Origin: Octopus sinensis
Taxonomy: Eukaryota
DNA: 64,000 nucleotides
Reading direction: 5' to 3'
NCBI RefSeq assembly: GCF_006345805.1
Contig: NC_043008.1
Coordinates: 60,698,001 to 60,762,000, forward strand
The notes beneath the pieces are model-generated. The model saw only the letters and a list, made by a program, of their open reading frames with translations. It had not been told where the DNA came from and made no database searches. Numbering within the stretch: the stretch's first letter is position 1; every line of letters starts with the position of its first letter. The position numbers and the translations under genes were made by a program. Below, piece by piece: positions 26,264-40,061 of the stretch.

Positions 26264-27932
26264 CCCTCCATACTAATGTTCTTACATGCAATAATTAATT
26301 TGCTGCCCTTCTGATAAACCATTAACAGAGTCAATATCACCAATCACCAAGGACAGCCCTTTTCCCCAAAACAATCTATTCGAAGGCTACAGAAAATCAT
26401 CTGAGAGTCTCCCCCACGCTGGGTCATAACTTTCTCACAGTAGTTAGTGTGTGGATATTTTTGTATGTGTGTGTATCACTTTGTTGGTCTACAAGTAATG
26501 GTTTGCCTACCTGTTTTAAGCACTAATTAGTGATTAAAACAGGTAAACAAACCGATGCTTTTAAACCAACAAACAGTAATACACACATACGCAAACACAT
26601 AGCCTCCACATACACATACCCACACATACCGTCAAACACAAACACAAACAACTGTGAGAAAGTTATGATTCAGAGTGAGGGAGACGCTCAGATGGCCTTT
26701 TGGTTAAGGTGGTAAGTTGCCTTTGAAATTCTGAAACATTGGTTTCGACTTCACTTCAAAGTAACTTCCTTAAAACTGCATTCACGGGTCCATCCAGGCC
26801 TTGTGGATAGAATATGAGCGATGGAAATCGTGCAGAAGATGATTAGATGAATCATACATGATATTAGGTCACCTAGGCAAGTCCCACATGGTGGGATGTT
26901 TATGCTAAAGTTTTAAGTATCATTGGTGCATATGTTAAAAATTGAAATGTCTGTGGAATGTTGCAGCTATGTATTTAAACTTCTGTTTCCCTTTAAATTG
27001 GTTCTTTAGTAAATAGAAAAAAAGCTGCGTTGAAGTTCATTTGAATTCAAAAGTGAAAGGAACATAGCAATTCTGTATTTTTTTCGAAATATTCTACTTA
27101 GTTTGCGAATGGCAATATAAATTGGGCAACGCCATGTCTCTTCCAGCATAATTACATGCAGCAAGTCCAAAATTAGGCATACAGTAAGTATTACATCAAT
27201 GTTATAATGTTTTAATTCATCAAAATGATTAGCACATTAAATTAGCATCATTTTTGATAGTTTCAGTGTCATTAATCATAATAATGCATTTATCATAACT
27301 ACAATAATACTTTTATCATAAATTTAATTTTTTTGATAAAAATAAATGAGTATTTATGTATTTTGTTTTTTCGAAACTGCATATCTAATTTTGGATCACC
27401 CTGTGTATTGAAGCTCGGTAAATAATCTGTACTATTACAGTAATTCAACATTTACATACTTAGAGATTGTGAGAAATTGACACGGTTTATGTGGAGGTCA
27501 AAGCCTCAAGATGAGCGTGTGAAACAAATAAAGTTTAATGCAGAAACTAAAAATGCTGTTACGAAATACTTCCCACTACAAATGAAAGTTGTTGGACTTC
27601 GGGATTTCCAAGGATTCTTATATTTGCTTATTTATACTAACGATGAGATAAAGAAAATACAGTTGGGTACAATACGAAACTGCTTCATATGTTTGTGCAT
27701 GTATGAATGTATATTTATATATAAAGAGGATAAGACCATTATCTAAAGTAATGAAAATATCAAGTATCCAGCATGGAAAATAAAACACCGCATAGGTAAT
27801 AATTACTATAGATATATGATTAAATAATTATAATTATACTTAAGGATACTGGAGAGATACCATCATGCTAGATTTAGAAGTTAAAACTGACTAAAAACAC
27901 ATCATATAGTCATATACCAAATGTATGAATGT

Positions 27933-27970
<38 letters not shown>

Positions 27971-28037
27971 CTCAAGAGTATTTTATGTGTATTACAACCA
28001 CAATCTTACACACACAACACACACTCTTATATATATA

Positions 28038-28087
<50 letters not shown>

Positions 28088-28256
28088 ATGCGTGTATATG
28101 TACATACATACATATGTGTGTGTGTGTGTGTTACATAAATGCATGTGAGGAGAAAAAGGGGACATTTTTATTTAAACAATTATCAGTTTTAAACTAAAGT
28201 TGCGAATTTATATTCATTAGCAAAAGTATACACACACACACACTCATATATATATA

Positions 28257-28311
<55 letters not shown>

Positions 28312-28517
28312 CAGAGGAAATAGAAAGAGAGAAAGTAATATTTATATGTTGATATATAGTTTCGAGTTATACGCTGCAGAGAAATCTGAAGATCGTCTTC
28401 ACCTTTAAGTTATATTAGAATATGATACAATAATGAAATGGGTCGATTCTTATGAGCATTTCTTCCTTACGTAAGATATTTTTGTAAGCAAAACTGAAAA
28501 TCTTATATACATACATA

Positions 28518-28553
<36 letters not shown>

Positions 28554-28960
28554 CATTCATACACATATATGCTCGCATGTATAGCTAATGCCTGTGTTGA
28601 TTTTACTACATTTACTACGCTTGTCGGATACCATTGATATAGCAAAGCTACACATTTATCTCCTGTTGTTGAACTCTCTTACCTTTTCGCTTTGTTTCGT
28701 GAGTCAATTGCCTCTGTCACAATTCTTTTATGCATTTTGAACTGTCAACTACTTGTTCTCTGTTATTTCTTAAAAGCACTAACATCGCTGACATTATAGT
28801 CTTCAAAATTACATATATCACACAAAGACCGACACACATATTGGTGCACGTATATTAAGATTTCCTAAAAGCATATTGATATGACGTTCGGTAGGTGGTT
28901 GGTTAAACAAATATCTGTCTACTTATCTATATCTATACCTATCCATTTTCTCCCTCGCTC

Positions 28961-28962
<2 letters not shown>

Positions 28963-29019
<57 letters not shown>

Positions 29020-29060
29020 CATACATACATACATACATACATACATACATACATACATAC
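28963..29060. repeat. (AT)n(ATAC)n microsatellite
   Basis: Seen directly. Confidence 0.95.
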
Positions 29061-29175
29061 ATGGGTAGGTGGTTAGTTAAACAGTCAGGAAATACAAAAA
29101 AATTGATCGAGATGTAGAGCTGCGAAAGGAGATATAGAGATGCAAGAGAGATAGAAAAGGGGGAGAGAGAGAGAA

Positions 29176-29217
<42 letters not shown>

Positions 29218-29846
29218 GTGACGAATATGACACGGAAACAGAATCAGATAATTTGGTAAAAGTGAAAGTAGAGAACTGGGGAAATAGAGAAAGGTGTACG
29301 TGTGTCCGTGAGTGCTTGTGCATGTGTGTGTGTGCTAAGATGAGAGATAATAGATTGATTATGTGAACTAATGTCAGCAAAAATTTAGGTTAAATAAAAC
29401 AATGGCTTTATAAACTATGATTAAGAAGTTGGTTGTATTAAATTTTACTATCAGGCTGAAGGGCCAAATTCAGTGTTCAAAGATCAGCAGGCAACTATTT
29501 TGCAGAAAAGTAACATTCTTCTTTCAAATGTGCAAACCTCGATAACACCCCATTTTTCTCTCTGATATTGTCACTGTTGGAATGGAATTGAAGATGTGAG
29601 AAATGCCTCGAGTTATAGTACCAGGATAACAAGAAAATAGGTATGCATTCAGATTAATATTTTCTACTGAAACTATGTTTCTCACTGATGCTGCTCTCGT
29701 GAATTGAAAAATATAATTATCAAAACATTCCTAATTGAAACTGAAAATGATCGTCACTGAATTTTAAAGACAACCATAAAGAGCAAATTAAAGGTAATAT
29801 GAAGGTAATATGTTTGAACAATCACTGAATCTAGTGATAAATTATT

Positions 29847-30452
29847 TATTTCTTTATTGTCCACAGGGGACTAAAAACATAGAAGGGACAAACAAGGACA
29901 GAGAAACGGATTAAGTCAATTACATCGACCCCAGTGCGTAACTAGTACTTATTTAATCGATCCCAAAAAAGGTTGAAAGGCAAAGTCAACCTCGGCGGGA
30001 TTTGATCTTAGAATGTAGCGGCTGACAAAATACCTATTTCTTCACTACCCACAAGGAGCTAAACATAGAGGGAACAAGCAAGTACAGATAAACGGATTAA
30101 GTTGATTACACCGACTGCAGTTTGTCACTGGTATTTAATTTATCGACCCTGAGAGGATGAAAGGTAAAGTCGACCTCGGCGGAATTTGAACTCAGAACGC
30201 AGCGGCTGATGAAATACCTATTTATTTACTACCCACAAGGGGATACACACAGATGGGACAAACAAGAACAGACAAACGGATTAAGTCGCTCACATCGACC
30301 CCTGTGCATAATTGGTACTTAATTTATCGACCCCGAAAGGATGAAAGGCAAAGTCGACCTCGGCGGTATTTGAACTCAGAACGCAGCGGCTGACGAAATA
30401 CCGCTAAGCATTTCTCCCGAAGTGTTAACAATTCTGCCAGCTCGCCGCCTTA
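29847..30452 (-). mobile_element. SINE family B trimer with 15-bp TSD
   Basis: Units 29847-30034, 30035-30218 and 30219-30402, plus head 30403-30452; TAGTGATAAATTATT at 29832-29846 and 30453-30467. Confidence 0.95.
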
Positions 30453-31340
30453 TAGTGATAAATTATTATCAGGATGTCGGTAGAACTCGAATGAATCATC
30501 ATAACTCATATTGGATTTGTAACTACTAATTTGCTTCAACACCCGTTTCACTTAAACTCTTTGCTTTTTTTTTCCTCCGCGAGCCTGACTTTTATTTGAA
30601 CGACTTAAAAGCTAAATTGCCTGACATAAAGCACTAATTTTTGCCATAATGATCCAGCGCCAGAAAATTGTGGCATTGTAAGAACTGTAAAATAACGCTT
30701 ATAATCATCGTAGTCATCAGAAGGCTAAAGAATTTCTTTTATCCGAACAATTTATGAATGTTTCACTGTTCTGCTTCTATAATAAAATTCTTTTGTAAGT
30801 GATATATCATATAGAAATACGTATGGAGCAAGCAAAGACATTATAATATATGTCTGTGATTCTCTTTGTAAAAAGAAAACCTATCTAAAAAACTACATAT
30901 GTAATTGTACGATTGGCACATGGGATCTTCCTTTCTCATAAACTTAAACTTTAAGCTAATTAGACGCAATAGAAAATTCACTTCCGGAATATTATCTTTG
31001 AATGGTATTTGAAATTTTATTTTTTGGTACCGGAAGTGTCATATACTGGTGTTAGACTAGAGATGCACTGATACCTCCTCCACTTCCCTTTTGCGCTTTC
31101 ACGTAAACACAAATTCTTACATATGTATATGTATGCATATACAAAATCATTTAAATACTTGCACATGTATGTATACATATGTGTGTGAATTTGATATGAT
31201 GCATGTATGTATGTATACATACATGTATATATATACACACATACATATAATATACATAAGTATACATACGCATACGTATACAATTACATACACGCACACA
31301 TGCATATAGACATAAGTATATATTCTTTCTTGTCTTCTCT

Positions 31341-31553
31341 TTTCTTTTATGTGTTTCAGTCATTTGACTGCGGCCATGCTGGAGCACCGCCTTCAGTCGA
31401 ACAAATCGACCCCAGTAATTATTCTTTGTAAGCCTAGTACTAATTCTACCGTTCTCTTTTGCCGAACCGCTAAGTTACAGGGACGTGAACACACTAACAT
31501 CGGTTGTCAAGCGATGGTTGGGGAACAAACACAGCAGAGACATAAGCATACAT

Positions 31554-31588
<35 letters not shown>

Positions 31589-31722
31589 ATATATATATAT
31601 ATAGGACGGGCTTCTTTGAGTTTCCGTCTACCAAATGCACTCACAAGGCTTTGGTGGGCCCGTGGCTATAGTTGAAGACATGTGGTTGGTAAGCAAGCTA
31701 CTTACCGCACAGCCACTCCTGC
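31341..31722 (-). mobile_element. SINE family A copy with a deletion in the 5' half
   Basis: Colinear with 2548-2943; lacks the CORE-like segment. Confidence 0.9.
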
Positions 31723-31757
31723 ACACACGCACACACAAACACACACTCATATATATG

Positions 31758-31803
<46 letters not shown>

Positions 31804-31857
31804 ATATATATAAGGCTTTTCAAAGCATAGAAACTTGCGTGTGATCGTCTGTATTTG

Positions 31858-32222
31858 TAGGCGCAGACGTGGCTGTGTAGTAAGAATCTTACTTCCCAAT
31901 CACATGGTCCCGGGTTGAGTCCCACCGCGTGGCTGTTTGGGGCAAGTTTCTTCTACTATAGCCTCGGGGCGACCAAATATTTGTGAGTGAAATTGGTTGA
32001 CGGAAACGGAAAGAGGAACGTTGCATGTATATATGTGTGTGTGTGTATGTCTGTGTGTGTGCTTGTGTGCGTAACCCAGTGGCTTGGCAAAAGAAATCGA
32101 CGGAATAAGTACTAGGTTTGAAAACACATGTCCTGTAGTGATTTGATCGGCTAAACCTCTTCAAAGCTATATCCCACGGTGTCCCAGTATGACTGCTGTC
32201 AAATAACTGAAACAAGTAAAAA
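31858..32222 (+). mobile_element. SINE family A, diverged copy
   Basis: GTAGGCGCAGACGTGGCTGTGTAGTAAG...GGGCAAGTTTCTTCTACTATAGCC...ACTGAAACAAGTAAAA. Confidence 0.88.
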
Positions 32223-32736
32223 ACAAAAAAATTAAAACACACACACACACACATACACACACACACAACGACACACAAACCATACTGAAATAAAATGAAA
32301 TGTCGATTACGAATTATTGTTGATTTATAACATCCCAAATTCTATAGATGTTAGCATGCCTGTGTGGTCAAGAGATTTCCTGCGCAACAAAATAATTCCA
32401 GATGTAGTCTCACTGCGCGGCATACTGGTCGGATCAATTTCTTAAACGGAAACGTAGCAGAAGCCAGTGTTGTGTTTGTATATTTATAAGATATTTCTCG
32501 ATAATTTCCTTTTCTCTCTCAGCGTTTTTCTTTAACTTGCTGATGTCTCGTTTACTTTGTCAACAGTAGGTATGATCCTTTTCCTCCATTAACACTTGTT
32601 ACCGATTACTTTACCTTCCCGCACTTCCACCCTTCCTAGTTTTTGCAGCTTTCTAAGCCACCCATAATTTCTTTGGCTCAAAGTAAATGACTTCTCTACT
32701 CCCTCCTGAGATAAGACTAATTCCACTGCTTGACTA

Positions 32737-32739
32737 AAT

Positions 32740-32771
<32 letters not shown>

Positions 32772-33185
32772 ACACATACATACATACACACATACATACA
32801 CACATACATACACACATACATACACACACACATACACACACATACACACACACATACACACACACATACACACATACATACATACATACATACATACATG
32901 CATAATACATACACATACGTTTGTATGTATGTACATGTATATATGAACAAATTTGTTCCAGTTCACATAAGCTTCATGCATATTCGAACCTGCAAAAACG
33001 GCTTTCAATATGTTCGAACATGCCTCATCCATATTTTGACTAATAACATGATTGCATTTATGCACGTCACTGCTTAGCACTGCTGTCCCATCCATCCATC
33101 CATCCATCCATCCATCCATCCATCCATCCATCCATACATCCATCCATCCATCCATACTTACATACATACATACATACATACATAC
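32737..33185. repeat. (CA)n/(CATA)n and (TCCA)n microsatellites
   Basis: Seen directly. Confidence 0.93.
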
Positions 33186-34590
33186 TAGGAGTGGCCGTCA
33201 AAGGGAGTGCTATTGACTGCGAAACTAAAAAGATCGTACAGGTGTCGATTTGTCCGACTGTACCTTTTAAAGTAGTGTCCCAGTGTGGTCAGGGACCAAT
33301 GGCTCAAACAAGTAGGATTAATGGTTAATTTTGTATGCTGTGCTCTGTGTGTATGTGTATGTGTGTGTCTTTATTTGTGCATTTGCTAATACATATAATA
33401 ATGAAAAGGAGAGAAGATACTTGAATGCGTAAGGGAAAAACAAATGAAAACCTTCTTATATATGTTTGATCAAACCTTACACATAAAGCATCTCATTACA
33501 ATTCAAACTCTGTCATGTAATGTATACAACTTGCAGGCTTATATTTTCGATAATTTCAAAAGCGTTTTCGATAAATAAAGACCGTTAAATAAACCACAAT
33601 TCATAGTTTTATATATATTTTTTTTAAATTGAATTGTCATTACAAAATATATACATTAACTTGTAAACGTATGAGAGCCGCTAGTGATAGGTCAGACAAT
33701 TTAGACTTTCGAACTTTCGACTTGAGAACGTGAACTCAATATTCTATTTCAATGACAGGAAGTTATGGCGATAATTTATTTTTCGTCTAGCCCATGGCGC
33801 AACTAAGTATATGGACGTGACACTTAAAAACAAATTACTAAGCTGTCATTACCAACAAGACTACCGCCAGAACTACAATTATAATTAATAGTCCTATTAA
33901 TGATAATACCGATACTATTACTGCTAATATTAACGTAACGGTGCGGCTCGATATTTAGAAAAAAATGAAAGTAAGCAATAAGCACAGAAATAACAAGGAT
34001 ATATGATACGAATATTCTTGATTCAGTGTAACGGCATACGTTTCTGGTGGAATAATTGTTTCAAGCGTCAAAAACATTTGTTTTATGTGTAACTAATAAT
34101 ACATACCAGTTCGAAGTATGTTTATAAGGAAATAATTTAAAGATGATTGGTTTTAAATAATGTTGAATGTTCATCCCTTTTCAGTTATGGATTAGTTAAC
34201 CTATCCTCCTTTATGGTAATGAATGACCAAACACATGAAGTGATTCGATACACTGTAGTTATGTAAATTGCTGATATCCCAGGGGACACATTAACCGTAA
34301 ATTGTAAAATTGAACAAACTTTCTGTAGGTAACGCATTTACAATTCTTTTTACTGTTGCAACACTGATTCCAATTAATTTTGAAAATAAAGAATTTAGTC
34401 AAATAACTGTCATTATTAAGTTGGAACATAAATGAACCCGAAACTTTGATTGAAGATTTTTATTTATATCTTTGATATGAGAAGCTTGTATCATTGAAGC
34501 TGAGGTGATCTTAGGCGAGTTCGAGGTCCTTCTACATATTCAGGAGCCAATTTAACAAGTATTCTGATCAAATAATAATATCGTATAAAG

Positions 34591-34880
34591 CAGTGATGGG
34601 CAATTTTTCGTCAACTGGGGGCCGACACGTAAATGATGAGGTTTCGCTTATGATCAAATATTATATTTGTTAAAATACAACATAAATCCAAATACATATT
34701 TTCCCCAAATAAGGACCTTGCATAATTTTTATTCTTTCAATGGCGTACGACTTTGCTCAAATTTTAAATGTTTATCAATTGCTTTTTGCTGAAGTTGATC
34801 CTCCGTTTCCTTGATTTTTGCTTTTAATGTACCGTCTATTAATCGAACGCACCGGTATTTGCTTCAGGAATTCATACAGA
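34591..34880 (-). mobile_element. Possible hAT (Charlie-like) transposon end fragment
   Basis: CAGTGATGGGCAA at 34591 resembles hAT TIR starts; the minus strand nearby reads KYRCVRLIDGTLKAKI, loosely like a hAT transposase C-terminus. No partner TIR found. Confidence 0.35.
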
Positions 34881-35076
34881 TACGAGTTTAATGTTTGCAG
34901 TCTAAATAACATCACGGAGAAAGAATAAACTCTCTCTCTCTCTTGATATATATATATATATAGTAGAGAACAAAGAACGCTCGGATAGAAATATTCTTAC
35001 CTCAAAGGCGTTAGAAGCATAACCACCTGGTAATCAGCAAACAGTTGTATAAGGTTGGTTTGCATGTTGCTTTTCA

Positions 35077-35374
35077 GTAGAATGTGTAATACAGCCTTCG
35101 TTTACCTTGATGTCCGGCTTAATCCCTCGCACGTTTTAACACGAAGACATTGTCCTCGGTTGCTTTAACCAGAGTCCACTAATTTTTATTCTTCCAAATT
35201 AGCGGACTCTGGTTAAAGCTACCGAGGACAAAGTTTTCGTGTTAAAACGTGCGATGGATAAAGCCTGCTATCAAAGTAAGCTAAGGCTGTATTACACATT
35301 CTACAGGCAGGCTTAATCAATGGCACATTTTAACACGAAGACTTTGTCCTCGGTTGCTTTAACCAGAGTACACT
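35077..35374. repeat. Long inverted repeat (109-bp arms, 10-nt loop) plus a third partial direct copy
   Basis: Arms 35077-35185 and 35196-35304 align without gaps, 12 mismatches by my count; third copy about 35308-35374. Confidence 0.95.
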
Positions 35375-35682
35375 CTATTGTAAGGTTTTGAAGCCGAGCT
35401 TCAGTTCAAGAATATCTCTCTGCTTCCATCCTATAATTTTCGATGGCCCTGTTAATGGTCATGTGTATTTCAAGTTTAAAAACAGCGCATAGAATCACAC
35501 TCACTGACTCGTTCAAAACCTAATTATTGTAGTGTAGCATAGTTTATACGTGTGTGCATGCGTTTACTTTCTGTAATTCCTGTGAATATTTGGTGAAAAA
35601 TTCCGATTGATATATTCTAACGGGACAGAATAGCTGCCCGAATTTAACTTTCTAACAACCAGTCATAACTTATTTTAAACAA

Positions 35683-36072
35683 CGCGCAGGAGTGGCTGTG
35701 TGGTAAGTAGCTTGCTTACCAACCACATGGTTCCGGGTTCAGTCCCACTGCGTGGCAACTTGGGCAAGTGTCTTCTACTATAGCCTTGGGCCGACCAAAG
35801 CCTTGTGGGTGGATTTGGTAGAAAGAAGCCCGTCGTATATATAAATATATATATATATGTATGTGTGTGTTTGTGTTTTTTTCCCCGCTAACATCCCTTG
35901 ACAACCGATTCTGGTGTGTTTACGTCCCCGTAACTTAGCGGTTCGGCAAAAGAGACCTAGAGAATAAGTACTAGGCTTACAAAGAATAAGTCCTAGTCCT
36001 GGAGTCGATTTGGTCGACTAAAGTCGGTGCTCCAGCATGGCCGCAGTCAAATGACTGAAACAAGTAAAAAGG
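35683..36072 (+). mobile_element. SINE family A, full-length copy
   Basis: GCGCAGGAGTGGCTGTGTGGTAAGTAGCTTGC...GACTGAAACAAGTAAAA. Confidence 0.93.
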
Positions 36073-36108
36073 TAACACCGTAAGCGTGGTGTAATTTTGG
36101 TTATCTAT

Positions 36109-36143
<35 letters not shown>

Positions 36144-37449
36144 CCTCTCTCTCCAACCATCCATCCATCCATATGTATATATATATATATATATTGCTGT
36201 CGCGGATATTAAACTAGTTAGAAGAAAGTTACTCTATACTATTGTCGTCCGAGTCTACATCCAACATTTAACTCATTCAAATGCAAGATTGTACCAAATC
36301 ATGGCTCAACTTCTATTAACAGCAGTGATACTATAAACCTAATGAGTGTTTCAGTGTCTTACAACATTTGGCAGAGGTTCATTATTTTGATATGTGCTAG
36401 CAAGCAAGGCAACCGCATTTTCAATTATATCGGTGTTATTCGATAGAAAATATGAAAAGGAATGTCAAAAGAAATTATTATTATTGGTGTACAGAGGGCA
36501 GAAACCATGAAGCATCGGACTAAAAGAGTTATTGCTTTTAATTTCGTCCAGCAAATTTGTGATTTCAAATCTAGTCGGGGGTCATCTTGGTCTTTCATGT
36601 CCTCTGATATGATAAAATAAATAGCTTCAACATAGATGAGAAAAATAACAAAAACATACTAGAAATAATTTAATCGATATTGCCCTGTAGCATCTCAGTC
36701 AAAAGAAATTATTTCAAATTTCATCATTATGATATTCATCTTTGTCATCATCAACATCATCATCATCATCATCATAGTCTTATCTTCCTCCTCATCATTA
36801 TTATCCCCAACATTTTTATCTTTATCATCTTCGGCGACCTTTTGTTTTAACGGCAGCCATTGTTGTCATAATTATTATTAATATTATTACAGTAGGCTTT
36901 CTGTATTAGATGTTTAAGCTGAAATCTGCTCCGCTCTGTTCAGAGAAAGAAAACACTCTAAAATTCACTGCAATGCTTTAAGGACCTAATCAGATAATGC
37001 AGTAAGGTTTTAGGAGATTACAGATTAGAACAGCTTTAACTGATTAGCCTTTTCACTGTGATATGTTTATAAATTGAAATATCAATTAAAACGTTGCCAT
37101 TCTAACCTTCGTCCGTCTACTTCTGACAAATCACCCAAACTAGAAACTATTATATTGACGGAAAAAGTTTTAGACTGGTCGATTAATGGCTGATATCAAC
37201 TTACGCCATATTGTAATTCACATTGACCTTTGTCGTTTGTGATTCAACGTAGAATACATGTAACTAAGCATGCAATTTCGTTTTAGAAGTTACTTTTTGT
37301 TTTCCCCGATCTCACGCAACGTCGAATATAAACTGACGAAGGCCTCTTAATTCTTATTACTATTTGAAAAGCGGTACTCCATTAGTCCTTGATTACAATG
37401 AACAATGTTTAACAAGAACTATGTTTCATATAATCAATGTCGGCATCTA

Positions 37450-38330
37450 GCATGAAAGTACCAATATAATCAAAGTATATGTAGTTGTATTAGTATTGAC
37501 TGTCGTTATTCCCCCCATGTAAACTTTGATTGCAACAGATTAAGATCCAAAGATATTTTTTCCAACCCTGGCTGATTTTTCAAATTCTTCTGAGTAGTTA
37601 AAACATTTTGGGTGGCCAATTTCAAATTTTTCTTTTCATTTAAGACGATATTATTAATATTATAGCATATGAGGAAGTTAGAGGTACCATGTAGAGACTT
37701 CCGCATTTACTGTCGATGTTATTAATACATATAAATCTGCAAATACTTGGTGTACTTGTAAAAAGCCAAATCTTATTTGTCTTTCCATGGCCTGTTTTCT
37801 TGCTGAGTAAGTTCCTGGAGTAAAACTATGTCAAACAAGGTATACTTACGCCGTGAAAGATAAAAATACGAACAGTATATGAAAATGGATTATTCGTTAA
37901 AAACCTGATATGATTTATGTATGTTTTTGATGTATCACATATAAAACAGAAACTTAATTGAATTACAGACCGAAAATGTACTTCCATGAACCTTGGAGTC
38001 ACATTCGATCACGGTACATATACAAAAACGTTTTGTACTCCCCTTGATCTAAGGAAAAGTATTGTTTAGTAAACTACACCAACTGTCTTCAGTTTCAGTA
38101 TATAGTAATCTTCAATGAAAAATATTACAAAATCGAGCTTCAATAATATACTTCGGAGTAGAAATTACAAACTTCATGTATAGCTGAGACGGCAAATTAT
38201 CGACTCGTAAGAATTTCAAGCTTGTAAATCTGTTTCTGATCAGATGCAATGTTGAATCAATAGACAAATGCATAACTCCGGGTGGCCTTGAACTCACTGT
38301 TATTGAGTAACCGTGTGAACAGTTATGGAT
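37450..38330 (-). mobile_element. Possible highly decayed Penelope-like element
   Basis: Only loose resemblance (TLHLIRNRFT...DNLP; KQYF) to Penelope RT motifs; many stops. Confidence 0.25.
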
Positions 38331-38536
38331 ACAAAAGGTAAAATTTCTAATATTTCTTATAAGAGGAAACTAGCGAAAGTATTATTTTAAGAGATGAATA
38401 TGTAAAAAAAAAAGATAAATAAATAGAAATAGAGGGAGTGAGATAGGCAGATGGTTAGCAAAAGAAGAGAGAAATAGATATAATTTCGAATAGAGTAGGT
38501 ACTCCTACACTTGTACACACACAGATACATACACAC

Positions 38537-38539
<3 letters not shown>

Positions 38540-38632
<93 letters not shown>
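38540..38632. repeat. (AT)n microsatellite
   Basis: Seen directly. Confidence 0.97.
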
Positions 38633-38634
<2 letters not shown>

Positions 38635-40061
38635 TACATATATATTACTTGTTACAGTATTCCGACTACGAGCATAGAAGAATTTTGTCTATAAAGTAGA
38701 TTTCAATCAGCATTTATGTAAGTCTGGTGCATATTCTGCTGGTGTCTTCGCGTCGCACTTCCAAGTTTTAAGGTAGTGAACAAAATAATATTGTTGTGGT
38801 ATTGGAAGTTTCATTATATAAAATATGTTATTGAACCATGTAAATCAAACTGATATCGTACTTAGTACCTAGAACACATAATCACTCATATATAGGAATA
38901 TAAATAGAGCGAGAGGGGGAGAAAGAGAGAGAGAGTGTGGGTAAGAGAGAGAGAGAAAATGAGATTTTTGAGTATATAAACATCTAGATGCGTTCTTAAA
39001 TTGTTAATTGTTTAGATAGCTGGATAGATAGAAGCAATATTTCTAACTGATAATAGTAGTGATACGTACTGCAAAAACTAATGAACGTGTGCATGTAGGT
39101 AAGTACGTAAGTAAAAACAAAAATAATAATAATTCGAAAAGAAAAACAAGAAGGAGTGAAAGAGGAGTGGATCGAAAGAGTGGGGTAGTGTCTAGCAAAG
39201 AAAATCTGTCAGGAATTCATAAGCAAAAGACTAAACAACCTGGCTACAAAATACTACGAAGCTCGCTGTATTCACTAAACAATACCAAAGCGAGGCATAA
39301 CATCTTCACATTCATCCCGACCTGAAAAGTCTGCCATTATTATTCTTTTTTTTGCTCTTGTTTTTTGATTGCATCCACAGATGTCCTTCCTCATTGCAAT
39401 AAGCCACATCTATTTGGTGATCGCTTGGCTGCTTCCCCGATTTCCTGATTTTACTCTTAGAACAGTACCAAATATAGTTCTGGTAAACGCCAAACTTGCT
39501 TTCTGATTTTAACATCTGTATTGGAAGTATGATTATATAAATGTTGTTCCTGCTTTTTTTCCTTTTTGTTTTGATTTCTTTTTCTTCATATGTTTTTATA
39601 GTTGTCGCTTTTGTTTTTGCTGTTGTTGTTCACATTATTATTATTATAATTATTATTATTATTATATTATTATTATTATTACTTATACTACATGATGTTC
39701 TATTTATTTTCGATTTTCATACGTCTGCAACGTCTTAAATTAAGCTTAAGAAAAGAAAACAGTTGCTCGGCCAATACGAATTCTTCTGTTTCCTGTAGTG
39801 ATAATATATCCAGATACAAAACGAATGAGCTAAGGACCCGAGAAATACGTAAAACTTGGCTGGGTAGAAATCAATTTCAAATACGTAATCGCTCTCTGTC
39901 CAGTTCTTTCAATTATTCTTTCTCTTTCCACGTATTATGAAAACACACGTACATATTTTATGCATGTACGCATACATTTTCATATACAAATACACGTACA
40001 CATATGTATGTATAAGAGTTCTATACGAATACCGAATACACACACACGCACACCTATATAC

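Noticed and set aside
29847-30452. CRISPR-like array
   Set aside because: Contiguous 184-bp SINE units with no spacers, in a eukaryotic context.
37333-37345. CTGACGAAGGCC, a half hammerhead core
   Set aside because: No complementary stem II strand or GAAAC follows.
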